A stretch of 64,000 nucleotides of DNA, taken from Candidatus Parcubacteria bacterium (lineage in GTDB: Bacteria; Patescibacteriota; Minisyncoccia; Phycocordibacterales; CAIZLB01). The position numbers and the translations under genes were made by a program. Under the pieces are notes generated by a model. The model saw only the letters and a program-made list of their open reading frames with translations. It was not told where the DNA came from and did no database searches. The first letter of the stretch is position 1. Each line of letters opens with the position of its first letter. Positions 10,085-18,714 of this stretch are shown in pieces. The stretch is taken from NCBI GenBank assembly GCA_039795775.1, contig JBDKLC010000005.1, positions 443,958-507,957 on the forward strand, read 5' to 3'.

Positions 10085-10225
10085 TTATTTAAATGCAGGA
10101 AGAATCGGTGGAATTCCGTCGACTGATCCTGTATATGGCAAATAGGCTGTTAATAAAAGTGCGATACCGATAAGTATAAAAGCAAATACTAATGTAGTCA
10201 CAACTTTTTTTCGATGTTCGTTCAT
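10085..10225 (-). CDS. Small hydrophobic peptide, 46 aa, one TM (MNEHRKKVVTTLVFAFILIGIALLLTAYLPYTGSVDGIPPILPAFK)
   Basis: It is the only ORF in the intergenic gap between the cmk-like and ytxG-like genes, in the same orientation. It falls below the ORF-track cutoff. Confidence 0.3.
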   Translation of the reverse strand: MNEHRKKVVTTLVFAFILIGIALLLTAYLPYTGSVDGIPPILPAFK

Positions 10226-10232
10226 ACCAAAA

Positions 10233-10751
10233 TTATACTACAAACGATTTAATCTTAGAAACGATTTCATCCACTCCTGTGTTTGTAGTATCAATGATGT
10301 GATCAAAGTGAGCATCATCAGTGTAGAGTTCAATTCCGTAGAGATTCTTGTATCGCTCCAATGCTTTTTCTTCTCTAAAGTCTGTATCGCTGATTGCTTG
10401 TTCAAGCGTAATACCATCTCGTTGTGCCACTCGTCGAAGTCGCTCATCTCGATCACAGGTAAGCTTTATTTTTATTGAATCTGTATTAAAAAACCAAGCG
10501 AGACGACTTTCAATAACATAATGAGGTGTATTTTTGCCGTACTCAGTAAGTTCGTTATCAAGAATTTTGTCGTAACTGCTATCTTTTTCTGTCATAGCAA
10601 CAAACTCAATGAGCGACATATTGAGCTCTGCTGCTTTTTTTCTAAAGATGTTTCCTGAAGAAACAAAAGGAATATTGAGCTCTTTTGCAAGAGCTTTTCC
10701 TGTAGATGAAGTACCTGTACCAGCAAGACCGAAAATAGTTATTTTAGCCAT
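10233..10751 (-). CDS. cmk: Cytidylate kinase, archaeal/COG1102-type short CMP kinase
   Basis: P-loop 'ITIFGLAGTGTSSTGKALA'. The 172-aa length and 'LEQAISDTDFREEKALERYKNLYGIEL' match archaeal-type CMP kinases. Confidence 0.65.
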   Translation of the reverse strand: MAKITIFGLAGTGTSSTGKALAKELNIPFVSSGNIFRKKAAELNMSLIEFVAMTEKDSSYDKILDNELTEYGKNTPHYVIESRLAWFFNTDSIKIKLTCDRDERLRRVAQRDGITLEQAISDTDFREEKALERYKNLYGIELYTDDAHFDHIIDTTNTGVDEIVSKIKSFVV

Positions 10752-10759
10752 GTCTCACT

Positions 10760-11473
10760 CTACACGAGATTAAAGATTCGCGCAAAAAGAGATCCTTTGT
10801 GGTCGAGAACTTTACCGTGCGCGTTGGTGTGGTTTACCCCACTTTTTGTCAGGAGAATTATGAACAGAATTGAAGCAACGAAATAGAGACCAAGTGATGA
10901 GGCTGGATGAATGATATCTGATGATGGCAAAAAGTATCCTAAAAGCACAAGACTCAATTGCCCAGGAAGATCAATATCGTGCAACCGTCGTGCAGCTAGC
11001 GAGAGCACCATAATAGTAATCGGTGCTAAAAGAAGAGGAATAAATATAATCCATCGAGGGTCAGTTGTATCCTGACCTATTTCAAGAATACTTTGATAAA
11101 CATCTGGCCAAAGATGCTGCATGATTGTTGCTGCAATTGCTGAGAGCACCACAGCTAACCCAAAGAAAAAGAGAAACCCAATAATGAAATCACGTCGTTT
11201 GATTCTTCCAGAAAAAAGGTGTGCTTCTACAGAGTGAATAAATGTAGGAGCAGCGATTTGTTTCTTTTTGTTGAGTGGCGGCAAAAAATTGTTTGAAGCA
11301 ACAATGTCTTGGTGAGTATCTTTAAATACTTTTTTTACGGTAACAATACCCTCTTTGATTTGTTTTTCAGAAAAGCCAGCTGAAATAAGTGAGTCTTTAA
11401 TATCCTTGAGCGGCATTCCAGCTTCAAGTTTTCTTTTGATAAAATGTATAAGACCTTTATCTTCCATGTGCAT
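10760..11473 (-). CDS. DUF805-family inner-membrane protein with an N-terminal soluble extension
   Basis: DUF805 signature 'FSGRIKRRDFIIGFLFF' plus four TM helices. Confidence 0.6.
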   Translation of the reverse strand: MHMEDKGLIHFIKRKLEAGMPLKDIKDSLISAGFSEKQIKEGIVTVKKVFKDTHQDIVASNNFLPPLNKKKQIAAPTFIHSVEAHLFSGRIKRRDFIIGFLFFFGLAVVLSAIAATIMQHLWPDVYQSILEIGQDTTDPRWIIFIPLLLAPITIMVLSLAARRLHDIDLPGQLSLVLLGYFLPSSDIIHPASSLGLYFVASILFIILLTKSGVNHTNAHGKVLDHKGSLFARIFNLV

Positions 11474-11499
11474 AGTATATCACAAGGACAGCACGCGTT

Positions 11500-12634
11500 T
11501 TATTGTACAAAGTGAATTACTACAATTTCATTTTTTGTTCCGATTCGATATGGAGGTCCCCATCCAAATGCACCGCTCGATGTGTAGATCTTCATCTGTT
11601 TTTTATTTGTATCAGCCACTCGAGGATAGTTGTTCAAACCAAAATCATATCCTTTATACATTTTTTTTGTAATGAGAGAAAATGGCCAAAGTTGTCCTTG
11701 GTGTGTGTGTCCTGAAAGTTGCAGATCAACACCTACGTCGTATGCAATTTTCATATCAACTGGTACATGTTTAACCAAAACTACTGGATGATCTTTTGGA
11801 ATATGCATATTTTCCATTAAAGCTTTCTGCTTGTTGGCATCATCTGAAGAAAGATAATCAATCCCAGCAAACGTCACACCGTCGATAGTCTCCCATTCAT
11901 TCATCAAAACTTTAATACCAGCATTTTTGATAGCGGGAATGTATGGCTGGTGTGGCTGATAACTTTCGTGATTGCCCGAGACAAAATAAATACCATGTGT
12001 GCTTTGAATACTTTTAAAGGGTTCAGTGATGCTATAAAAGTCGACAGCTGGACCATCGAAGAAATCTCCACCGATAAGCACGATATCTGGTCGTATCTCA
12101 TTTATTATTGAAGCAACTTTTTTTGCATAGTGAACATTAAATATATTTCCGAAATGTGAGTCTGAAAAAAAATACTACTTTTTTATCATTCCATGATGCT
12201 GGTAAGTTTTGAATCGGTACATGTATGTGCCGAACTACTGGTGTATTGATGTTAATGAGACCATAGGCAGCAATGAGAGCAGCTATACAATACCCGACCG
12301 TCGAGGCGACAGTAAGAGAAAACGGTATATGTAGTAACGGTGCTATAAACGAAAGAATCGCAACAGCACAAGTAGTAATAAAAAAGAGAAGAAACAGTCC
12401 CACCCAGACTGCAGATATAACATAAAAGATTCTACCGGCTACAGAGTAATGTCTAGTAGTAAGATACGAACTAATAAAAAAACTAAACGACAGTACGATA
12501 AGAGTAACAAATGCTACGTGAGAACCTATTGAAGGAGAGATAGCATATGCCTGTGTCAGCATCTTGTAGAATACAACATGAGAAAAGGTAACGCCCACCT
12601 GTGTAATGAGCAGGAATAGGATTAATAAAATCAT
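11500..12634 (-). pseudogene. YkuE-type membrane-anchored metallophosphoesterase, split by a frameshift in an A8/T8 homopolymer (12165-12172)
   Basis: ORF 12137-12634 encodes the multi-TM N-terminal domain and ends '...KKVVFFFRLTFRKYI*'. The -1 frame across the homopolymer reads 'YFFSDSHFGNIFNVHYAKKVASIINEIRPDIVLIGGDFFDG', which gives phosphoesterase motif I (DxH) and motif II (GDxxD) and continues into ORF 11500-12081 with 'GNHE' and 'GHTHQ'. Confidence 0.6.
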
Positions 12635-12652
12635 ACCTACATATTACACAAT

Positions 12653-13380
12653 TTAAGAATTTAGAATAGGGATATCGAGAAGTCCTTCAAGTGGTACTTC
12701 TTCTGCGCTTATTGCAGTATCTACACGATATTCACCTATAGATGTTCGACGCAAATCTTTAAGTACCGCTATGTTTCCCAGCCGCTTCCCAAGCTCTTCG
12801 GCCAAAGACCTTATATATGTACCACTTTTTACATGAAACTCGACTTCGAGTACGGGATGCTTTTCGTCTGATCTATCTACTGTGGTTAGATGTGCAGAAA
12901 TAATATGCATAATCTTTTTTGGTACTTCTACTTCAATACCCTTTCGTGCATATGCGTACAATGACTTACCATCTTTTTTTATAGCTGAATACAGTGGCAC
13001 AGAAAGTTCAATATCACCATGCATATTTTGTAGTACTTTTTCTACCTCTTCTGTAGTGACATGTTGAGCTGACTGTTCTTCTGTGACAGGTGCTTCCAAA
13101 TCTCCTGATGCAGTATGCTTTCCAAGAATAATATGCGCAGTATAAATTTTTGGTAGTCCTAGGAGTGTGGCAAGCTGCTTTGTATCTTTGCCAGTGGCAA
13201 TAATCATAAGACCAGAAGCCCGTGGATCAAGTGTGCCACTATGCCCCATTTTTGGTGGTTGGAGTTTTATTTTCCCTTCTTTTTTGCGTAGTACACCTTG
13301 CTCACGGCATCGTCGCTGCAAGACGCGAATGACATCGAATGAAGAAATTCCTTTTGGTTTATCTATGAGGACAATAGACA
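12653..13380 (-). CDS. truB: tRNA pseudouridine(55) synthase TruB
   Basis: 'LIDKPKGISSFDV' and the catalytic-Asp motif 'GHSGTLDPRASGLMIIATG'. I place the start at internal Met 'MSIVLIDKP', because a terminator hairpin sits inside the longer annotated N-terminal extension. Confidence 0.85.
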
Positions 13381-13396
13381 TGGCCACAATATAACA

Positions 13397-13428
13397 CAAA
13401 ACACCTCCCGAAGGAGGTGTTTTAATTT
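13397..13428 (-). terminator. Rho-independent terminator downstream of the DUF4383 gene
   Basis: Inverted repeat 'aacacctcc-cgaa-ggaggtgtt' with flanking A/T runs. Confidence 0.5.
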
Positions 13429-13451
13429 CGGACAAGTAAGACTACCTACCC

Positions 13452-13877
13452 TTACATCATTGGCTGAGATGGCTGTAAAATTTGAGCAGAAACATTCTTT
13501 GAAAGACCTGCTAGCAAAAGTGCGAGACCAAGAACCAAGTGGAGATAGTTATCTGCTGTATTGATTGCAAGAAGACCAAGAATTGATCCAGAAGCACTCA
13601 TAAAACCGAGAACTGTCACCAAAAGGTACACAATACCAAACACTACAAGTGCAGATTTTGACTTAGATGGAGCGGCAACAGAAACGAGAACGAGAACGAT
13701 ACCACTCAAAAGGTGTACAAGGTCATGAGCTGTATCAGTAACGAAGAATCCTGTTGGACCAACAATACCCAATCCGCCCACAAAACCAAGAATGCCCACT
13801 ACTACAAATACGAGTCCGAAGAGAAGTGCAAAATTTTTTGCCATAGTTGAACTATTAATCGAATAATCTGACTCCAC
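13452..13877 (-). CDS. DUF4383-like small membrane protein
   Basis: 'MAKNFALLFGLVFVVVGILGFV' and '...INTADNYLHLVLGLALL' resemble the DUF4383 consensus. Four TM helices. Confidence 0.5.
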   Translation of the reverse strand: MESDYSINSSTMAKNFALLFGLVFVVVGILGFVGGLGIVGPTGFFVTDTAHDLVHLLSGIVLVLVSVAAPSKSKSALVVFGIVYLLVTVLGFMSASGSILGLLAINTADNYLHLVLGLALLLAGLSKNVSAQILQPSQPMM

Positions 13878-13916
13878 TATTATACCACCTTAAGTCATAC
13901 TAAATGCCTATTTCTA

Positions 13917-14501
13917 CTATCTTGTGGATACACAAAGAGCATTGCCCCAAAGTCCTTTTTTAGCACTTTTTGCAGTTACTTGAGCATCTTTAAATTGCTG
14001 CTGATAGAGGTATGGTTTGTCATACGTATACTCATACGCATATCCTTCTTCTATGAGGAGTTGGTTGAACAACCTTCCGTCTTCTAAATATACATATCGT
14101 AACAAGCGTCCATACTTGTCTCTATTAGACTGAGTGGTATCAGCAACCAACCGTACTGAGGTATGCATCAATATACTTTTTGTAAAAGCAGATGCTTCTT
14201 TACCAAAACATTCAACAGGTCTTCGTGGATCGACAGTCTCTGGTGTATTCACTCCAATCATTCTTATAGTTTCAGTTGTAGTTCCCACTTGCACTGAAAA
14301 CGTATCTCCATCTGCAACACGAGCAACAACAAAAAAATCTGATCCGAGAGCAGTTGCTACTTGGGCTGGTTGTGACGGATGTGTAGTAGCACTCGTAAGA
14401 CCCGACTGTGAATCAATACGCTGTAAGAAAAAAGAAATAATAAGAATCAGAGCAACAGTAATCAGCTTTCTCATCTGCTTATTCATATAAATAGTATACA
14501 C
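13917..14501 (-). CDS. Secreted thermonuclease (staphylococcal nuclease / SNase-like)
   Basis: Signal peptide, then 'ARVADGDTFSV...IRMIGVNTPE' and 'KYGRLLRYVYLEDGRLFNQLLIEEGYA', which is typical of the SNase fold. Confidence 0.8.
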   Translation of the reverse strand: MYTIYMNKQMRKLITVALILIISFFLQRIDSQSGLTSATTHPSQPAQVATALGSDFFVVARVADGDTFSVQVGTTTETIRMIGVNTPETVDPRRPVECFGKEASAFTKSILMHTSVRLVADTTQSNRDKYGRLLRYVYLEDGRLFNQLLIEEGYAYEYTYDKPYLYQQQFKDAQVTAKSAKKGLWGNALCVSTR

Positions 14502-14566
14502 AATAACAACACTATCCGCCCAAGTTATGAGGCGGATAGTGAATACTTACCTTGAAACGGATTAAT

Positions 14567-15334
14567 CTACTGCCCTAGTGCAGACTTAAGGACTGTTCGT
14601 GCTGTATCAAATGCAATTTTAAAATCAGCATCTGCTTTTGCGAATGCAGCCTTTTTTATTTTTTCGAGCGCTTCAATTTGAGTTTTTACAGCACTCAAAT
14701 CTTTTACATTAGAGTTAAATGAATTTTTTATTTCTGCGAGTCCTGATTTAAACTCAAGTCGTACGTCCTTTGAATCAGCTCCTTGTGCACATCGCGCTTT
14801 CACTTTGTCTACAAGAGCGACTGTCGACGATGCCAGTCTCTGCTTTATCTGCAAAGATGTTGTGCCATTTTGTGCGATGAGCGCGTCCACACCAGTTCTA
14901 TAATTTTTGATAGCAGTATCTGTTGCGACTCGTCGAGCGTTGATAGCTGTCTGAACAGATGTTTTGAATGTGGCTACTGCTTGCTTTTGAGCATCTGTTG
15001 TTGCTTTTGCTTCAAGACCAGAGAAATGTGAAGTCCGTTTAACATCTTCTTTTTGTCGAGACTGTGCACGTGTCGTATCAATCTGAGATCGTTTATCAGA
15101 AAGTTTTTTAATTATTGAAGTAGAAGATGCTTGCTTGTGAAGTTCTTTGTCTGAAAATTTTGTAAGAAGAGATGTTCGTAATGAGGTTGTCTGCTGACAA
15201 AATTCATTTGATATATTTTTTTGAGACTTGTCTCTCGTGTCTGCAAACGCCATGCCCGGCTGAGCCAATGTAATAACAAGGGCACCTCCGATAACTGTCG
15301 AAATTACTCGTTTTCGTTTAGAAGTCATTTTCAT
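14567..15334 (-). CDS. Secreted alpha-helical protein of unknown function
   Basis: N-terminal signal peptide (VISTVIGGALVITLAQPGMAFA). Lys/Ala/Thr-rich helical repeats. Confidence 0.45.
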   Translation of the reverse strand: MKMTSKRKRVISTVIGGALVITLAQPGMAFADTRDKSQKNISNEFCQQTTSLRTSLLTKFSDKELHKQASSTSIIKKLSDKRSQIDTTRAQSRQKEDVKRTSHFSGLEAKATTDAQKQAVATFKTSVQTAINARRVATDTAIKNYRTGVDALIAQNGTTSLQIKQRLASSTVALVDKVKARCAQGADSKDVRLEFKSGLAEIKNSFNSNVKDLSAVKTQIEALEKIKKAAFAKADADFKIAFDTARTVLKSALGQ

Positions 15335-15758
15335 TTATTGAATATTCATTAATGGTCTGACTGTAGGCAGAGGCAATATACTCATCTTCTGATGTAGCCT
15401 CACTAAGTGTTGAATCACTGAATTCTTCTGAAGACGCAACAGCAACCGAGAGGTCATCGACATCTTTCATAGCAGCAACCACTGCTGGTGAAAGTCGAGA
15501 TGTGTATCCGTAAAGTGTAGCCCCGAGAACAAGGGCGGCTACGGCAACAGGGACTGTTGCTTTCCATGCCCGCTTTGGAAGCGTCATATATGGTGTGCTT
15601 ATTGGATGCTCTGCCGGAAATGGAATACGAGAAAGCATATCAGAAAGGCTTTTTGGGGAAGGTTGTGTCTCTTCTCCATCAAGCGACACAAAATAAGCTT
15701 GGAGCTCGATTTCGAACTCTGCATCGTTATGTTGTGGTTGGTTGATAGGGTTACTCAT
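15318..15758 (-). CDS. Putative anti-sigma factor: single-pass membrane protein directly downstream of, and overlapping, the ECF sigma gene
   Basis: Central TM 'ATVPVAVAALVLGATLYGY'. Position and small size are typical of anti-sigma partners. Confidence 0.4.
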   Translation of the reverse strand: MSNPINQPQHNDAEFEIELQAYFVSLDGEETQPSPKSLSDMLSRIPFPAEHPISTPYMTLPKRAWKATVPVAVAALVLGATLYGYTSRLSPAVVAAMKDVDDLSVAVASSEEFSDSTLSEATSEDEYIASAYSQTINEYSINENDF

Positions 15759-15759
15759 A

Positions 15760-16365
15760 TTATTTCTTGTCCGACATTAATAGTAAACGCAATGACCGTA
15801 GTCCTCGTGACTGTAACTGACGAACAGCGTCAGCTGACTTACCCGTCACTTCAATAATTTCTTCCGTGGACAGCTCTTGGAGGAAACGTAATGTAATGAT
15901 TTCTCTTTGCTCTGAGGAGATTTTGGTAAGAGCTTCAGTCAGTAATTGCTTATTTTCTCTGAGAATAGAAAAGTCGATAGGGCTCACCTGCTCTGTCTCA
16001 AAATCATCCATAGAGAAATCTTCAGGCAAATGGTCTTCTTTCTTTTTTCGTTGATAATCTATAACTATATTTCGGGCAATAGTATAGAAGTAGATCATTG
16101 GCGAACCAGATGCTGTTTTCATCTTATCTAGAGATGTAAAAGCCTTAACAAAAACATTAGCTGTAAGATCTTCAGCAATTTGTTTAGATGCAATAATAGG
16201 TCCTAACTTAAAATAGATGTAACGAAAAAGAGGCGTATAGCACAGCTTGTAGAGCTGGCCAAAGGCCTCTGTATTTCCGCTTTTTGCGTCAGCTACTAAC
16301 TGACGTAATTGTTCAACTGAAAGTTCTGCCATACGTTCATTGTAACAGATACCCCCAGATTGCAA
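15760..16365 (-). CDS. RNA polymerase sigma-70 family ECF sigma factor
   Basis: Region 2 'YKLCYTPLFRYIYFKL' and region 4 HTH 'EIITLRFLQELSTEEIIEVTGKSADAVRQLQSRGLRSLR'. Confidence 0.8.
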   Translation of the reverse strand: MQSGGICYNERMAELSVEQLRQLVADAKSGNTEAFGQLYKLCYTPLFRYIYFKLGPIIASKQIAEDLTANVFVKAFTSLDKMKTASGSPMIYFYTIARNIVIDYQRKKKEDHLPEDFSMDDFETEQVSPIDFSILRENKQLLTEALTKISSEQREIITLRFLQELSTEEIIEVTGKSADAVRQLQSRGLRSLRLLLMSDKK

Positions 16366-16377
16366 GCTGCCGACAAA

Positions 16378-16707
16378 CTACTTAAACATACCAAAAACTA
16401 CGTTCACGAGAGCCATGACGATAGCAAAGATAATAGCTGTACCAAAACCAACAACGGAGAAATCTGGTACGACTCGAGCCACAAGCAAGATAAGTAACCC
16501 GTTGATTACAAATGTGAAAAGCCCAAGTGTAATGATGTTGATCGGAAGTGTGAGGATAACGAGAATCGGTTTGATAAAGATATTTACGATAGCAAGTACG
16601 ATAGCTGCGAGAATAGCACCCATAGCACCAACACGAGTGCCTGGAACAAGAAGTGATGTGACATAGAGTGCTGCTGCTGAAATCAAAAGTTGAATGATTG
16701 GAAACAT
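16378..16707 (-). CDS. Phage-holin-4_2 (PF04020, YvlD-like) family small membrane protein
   Basis: 'ISAAALYVTSLLVPG...AIVLAIVNIFIKPILVILTLPINIITLGLFTFVINGLLILL' matches the family consensus. Confidence 0.6.
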   Translation of the reverse strand: MFPIIQLLISAAALYVTSLLVPGTRVGAMGAILAAIVLAIVNIFIKPILVILTLPINIITLGLFTFVINGLLILLVARVVPDFSVVGFGTAIIFAIVMALVNVVFGMFK

Positions 16708-16798
16708 ATATTTTATTTAGTTGATTAGTTAAATGGTAGCAAAACAAAAGCCCTCTTGCGAGAGCCTTTGTTTGTAGGAACTATTGACCAAGTAATGG

Positions 16799-17197
16799 TT
16801 AGATTCGATTCACACCCATAGCTCGGAACAAAAGACTGATTGTCATATGAGCCTGAGAATGAGGACCGAAGTATCCAGTAGACATAACACGTGAATTTGC
16901 CTGATAGTTTTGAACTGCATTTTTAGTCGCTAGGTCAAAGACACCAGGTGTGTATTGGTTTGCACCAAGGAAATCTGCTGCATTGAGATAGTTTTGTAAT
17001 GCGACTACTCCTGCTCCTGTCATGCCCATAGACATGTCAGTTCGAGCATTCAAGTAAGGCCACATGCCATTCATAATGACTGTTCGTTGCTGAGCAGTTG
17101 TTGTTGTTGTCACCTGTGCATCTGCCACAGTTGCGAAACCTATAGCAAGCACGAGAGCCACGGCAACAACTACGGAAGATAATGTAAGCTTTTTCAT
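16799..17197 (-). CDS. Secreted protein with a peptidoglycan-binding-like segment
   Basis: Signal peptide 'MKKLTLSSVVVAVALVLAIGFATVADA'. 'GVFDLATKNAVQNYQANSRVMSTGYFGP' is PG_binding_1-like. Confidence 0.45.
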   Translation of the reverse strand: MKKLTLSSVVVAVALVLAIGFATVADAQVTTTTTAQQRTVIMNGMWPYLNARTDMSMGMTGAGVVALQNYLNAADFLGANQYTPGVFDLATKNAVQNYQANSRVMSTGYFGPHSQAHMTISLLFRAMGVNRI

Positions 17198-17383
17198 GGG
17201 ATTGTAGTTATGTTTATATCTGATTGTGTAAAGCGTAAGCCGCTTATACATGTGTTATGACGCCACAATCTGGAAATATTACAGATATATGTGTGACTAA
17301 AAACATATGTCTTTGTTGAGCCATATATATGTCACTTACCACTATTTCATTATATTTTTAGAAGGAGATTTTGCGAATATTCT

Positions 17384-17866
17384 CTATTTCGCCATATTTT
17401 CTACAATATGCAAATAATGCTCTTTTGAGACAGGTTGAACTGATAATCTACTTCCCTTTTGTCGCACTACCATGTCTTCGAGTGCTGATTCTTTTTTTAT
17501 TGCTTCAAGTGAAATTGGCTCTTTGAACTTTTTTACAAATGACATATCCACGAGCATCCATGTGGGCTGTTTTTTTTTTGATTTAGGATCATAGTGCTCG
17601 TCTTTTTTATCGAACGCTGTGAGATCAGGATGTGGTGTTGAACTCACTTTTGCAATCCCGTAAATTCCAGTAGGTTCTGACATTGAATGATAGAAGAGAA
17701 CAAGGTCACCAATGTGCATATCATCTCTCATAAAGTTTCGTGCCTGATAGTTTCTGATACCTGTCCAAGGAGTTGATACATCTCGTTTGAGGTCATCAAT
17801 TGAATAACAGTTCCCTTCTGATTTAATAAGCCAGTATCGTTTTTCTTTCATGCAACTAGTATACAC
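17384..17866 (-). CDS. EVE (PUA-like) domain protein
   Basis: 'KRYWLIKSEGNCYSIDDLKRDVSTPWTGIRNYQARNFMRDDMHIGDLVLFYHS' matches the EVE/Thy28 family. Confidence 0.75.
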   Translation of the reverse strand: MYTSCMKEKRYWLIKSEGNCYSIDDLKRDVSTPWTGIRNYQARNFMRDDMHIGDLVLFYHSMSEPTGIYGIAKVSSTPHPDLTAFDKKDEHYDPKSKKKQPTWMLVDMSFVKKFKEPISLEAIKKESALEDMVVRQKGSRLSVQPVSKEHYLHIVENMAK

Positions 17867-17897
17867 AATAAAACCGCCTCAGTTGAGGCGGTTTATT
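17866..17897 (-). terminator. Rho-independent terminator downstream of the Y/G/N-rich secreted protein gene
   Basis: 'aaaaccgcctc-agtt-gaggcggttt' followed on the minus strand by a U-rich tract. Confidence 0.6.
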
Positions 17898-17945
17898 GAG
17901 CTTGTTTGGCAAACCTTTGTTTTGCATCTACAGTCGGAATCAGAA

Positions 17946-18419
17946 TTATTCTGCGATGTAGGTGAATGTTACAGGTGCAGTACCTGTGATGTGGAAGCTT
18001 GGGTTACTAGTATTAGAAGTTGTGTTGTTTGCTGAAGATGAAAATCCTCCTCCGTTGCCGCGATTTGAATTAGACCCATATCCGTTGTTGTATCCATTAC
18101 CTGAACTAAACCCATTGCCATTTGAACTGCATCCATAGTAACTGTACTGACAGTTATTTGATGCATCTGAGTAGTAACCATTGTTTCCTGAACCTGTTGA
18201 GTAGTATCGAGGACCTGAGTTATTAGCTACAGAGTAGTTTGATGGATAATAGTTTCGAGCAGTCGCATTTGGAGTCTCGAAATATACATACCAAGGAATT
18301 GGGTACTGATAATAACTGAAAGCATCACCGTATCCATAAGACGCTGCTGATGCTTTTTCTGTTGGAGCGAAGAAGGTAAATACCGCCAAAATCGCTATAA
18401 TATAAGCCGTTTTTTTCAT
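17946..18419 (-). CDS. Secreted low-complexity Tyr/Gly/Asn/Ser-rich protein
   Basis: Signal peptide, then YYxxNGxG-type degenerate repeats (NGYYSDASNN...GNGYNNGYGSNSN). Confidence 0.5.
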   Translation of the reverse strand: MKKTAYIIAILAVFTFFAPTEKASAASYGYGDAFSYYQYPIPWYVYFETPNATARNYYPSNYSVANNSGPRYYSTGSGNNGYYSDASNNCQYSYYGCSSNGNGFSSGNGYNNGYGSNSNRGNGGGFSSSANNTTSNTSNPSFHITGTAPVTFTYIAE

Positions 18420-18714
18420 ACTAATTAATTTAAATCTGCTAACAATACTTCTGACAACACTGTCCTGGTGTTCACTCTAAGGATTTTTGGTGGATAGTCA
18501 ACTGTCCTACTCATTCTAAGAAGGTACAAATTTTGTAGTTTTTTTATAAAAAATTTATTAAAATTTAATGTATACAGAAATATACTCATCATAGTCTGAA
18601 GAGTCGATCAGATATAACGAATACAAAATAATATGAGTAATATCATTAAAAAAGTTTTATTGAATGAACAAGGTCGAAACCTTAATCAGGTTAAAGCTAA
18701 TGCTTTAGAATCTG
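18420..18714. promoter_or_regulatory. Long AT-rich intergenic region upstream of the sensor kinase. It contains a 37-codon ORF (18633-18746) and is a likely promoter or leader region.
   Basis: About 300 bp with no ORF over 40 codons. It lies between two divergently oriented genes. Confidence 0.3.

Noticed and set aside
16382-16747. 121-aa Cys/Tyr/His-rich minus-strand ORF overlapping the holin-like gene
   Set aside because: It is an alternative frame of the PF04020 gene, which has clear family similarity. Its composition is biased and no motif is present.
16708-16798. Imperfect hairpin 'gccctcttgcgagagcc' downstream of the PG-binding-like gene
   Set aside because: Only a 4-5-bp stem pairs correctly. 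It is too weak to call a terminator.
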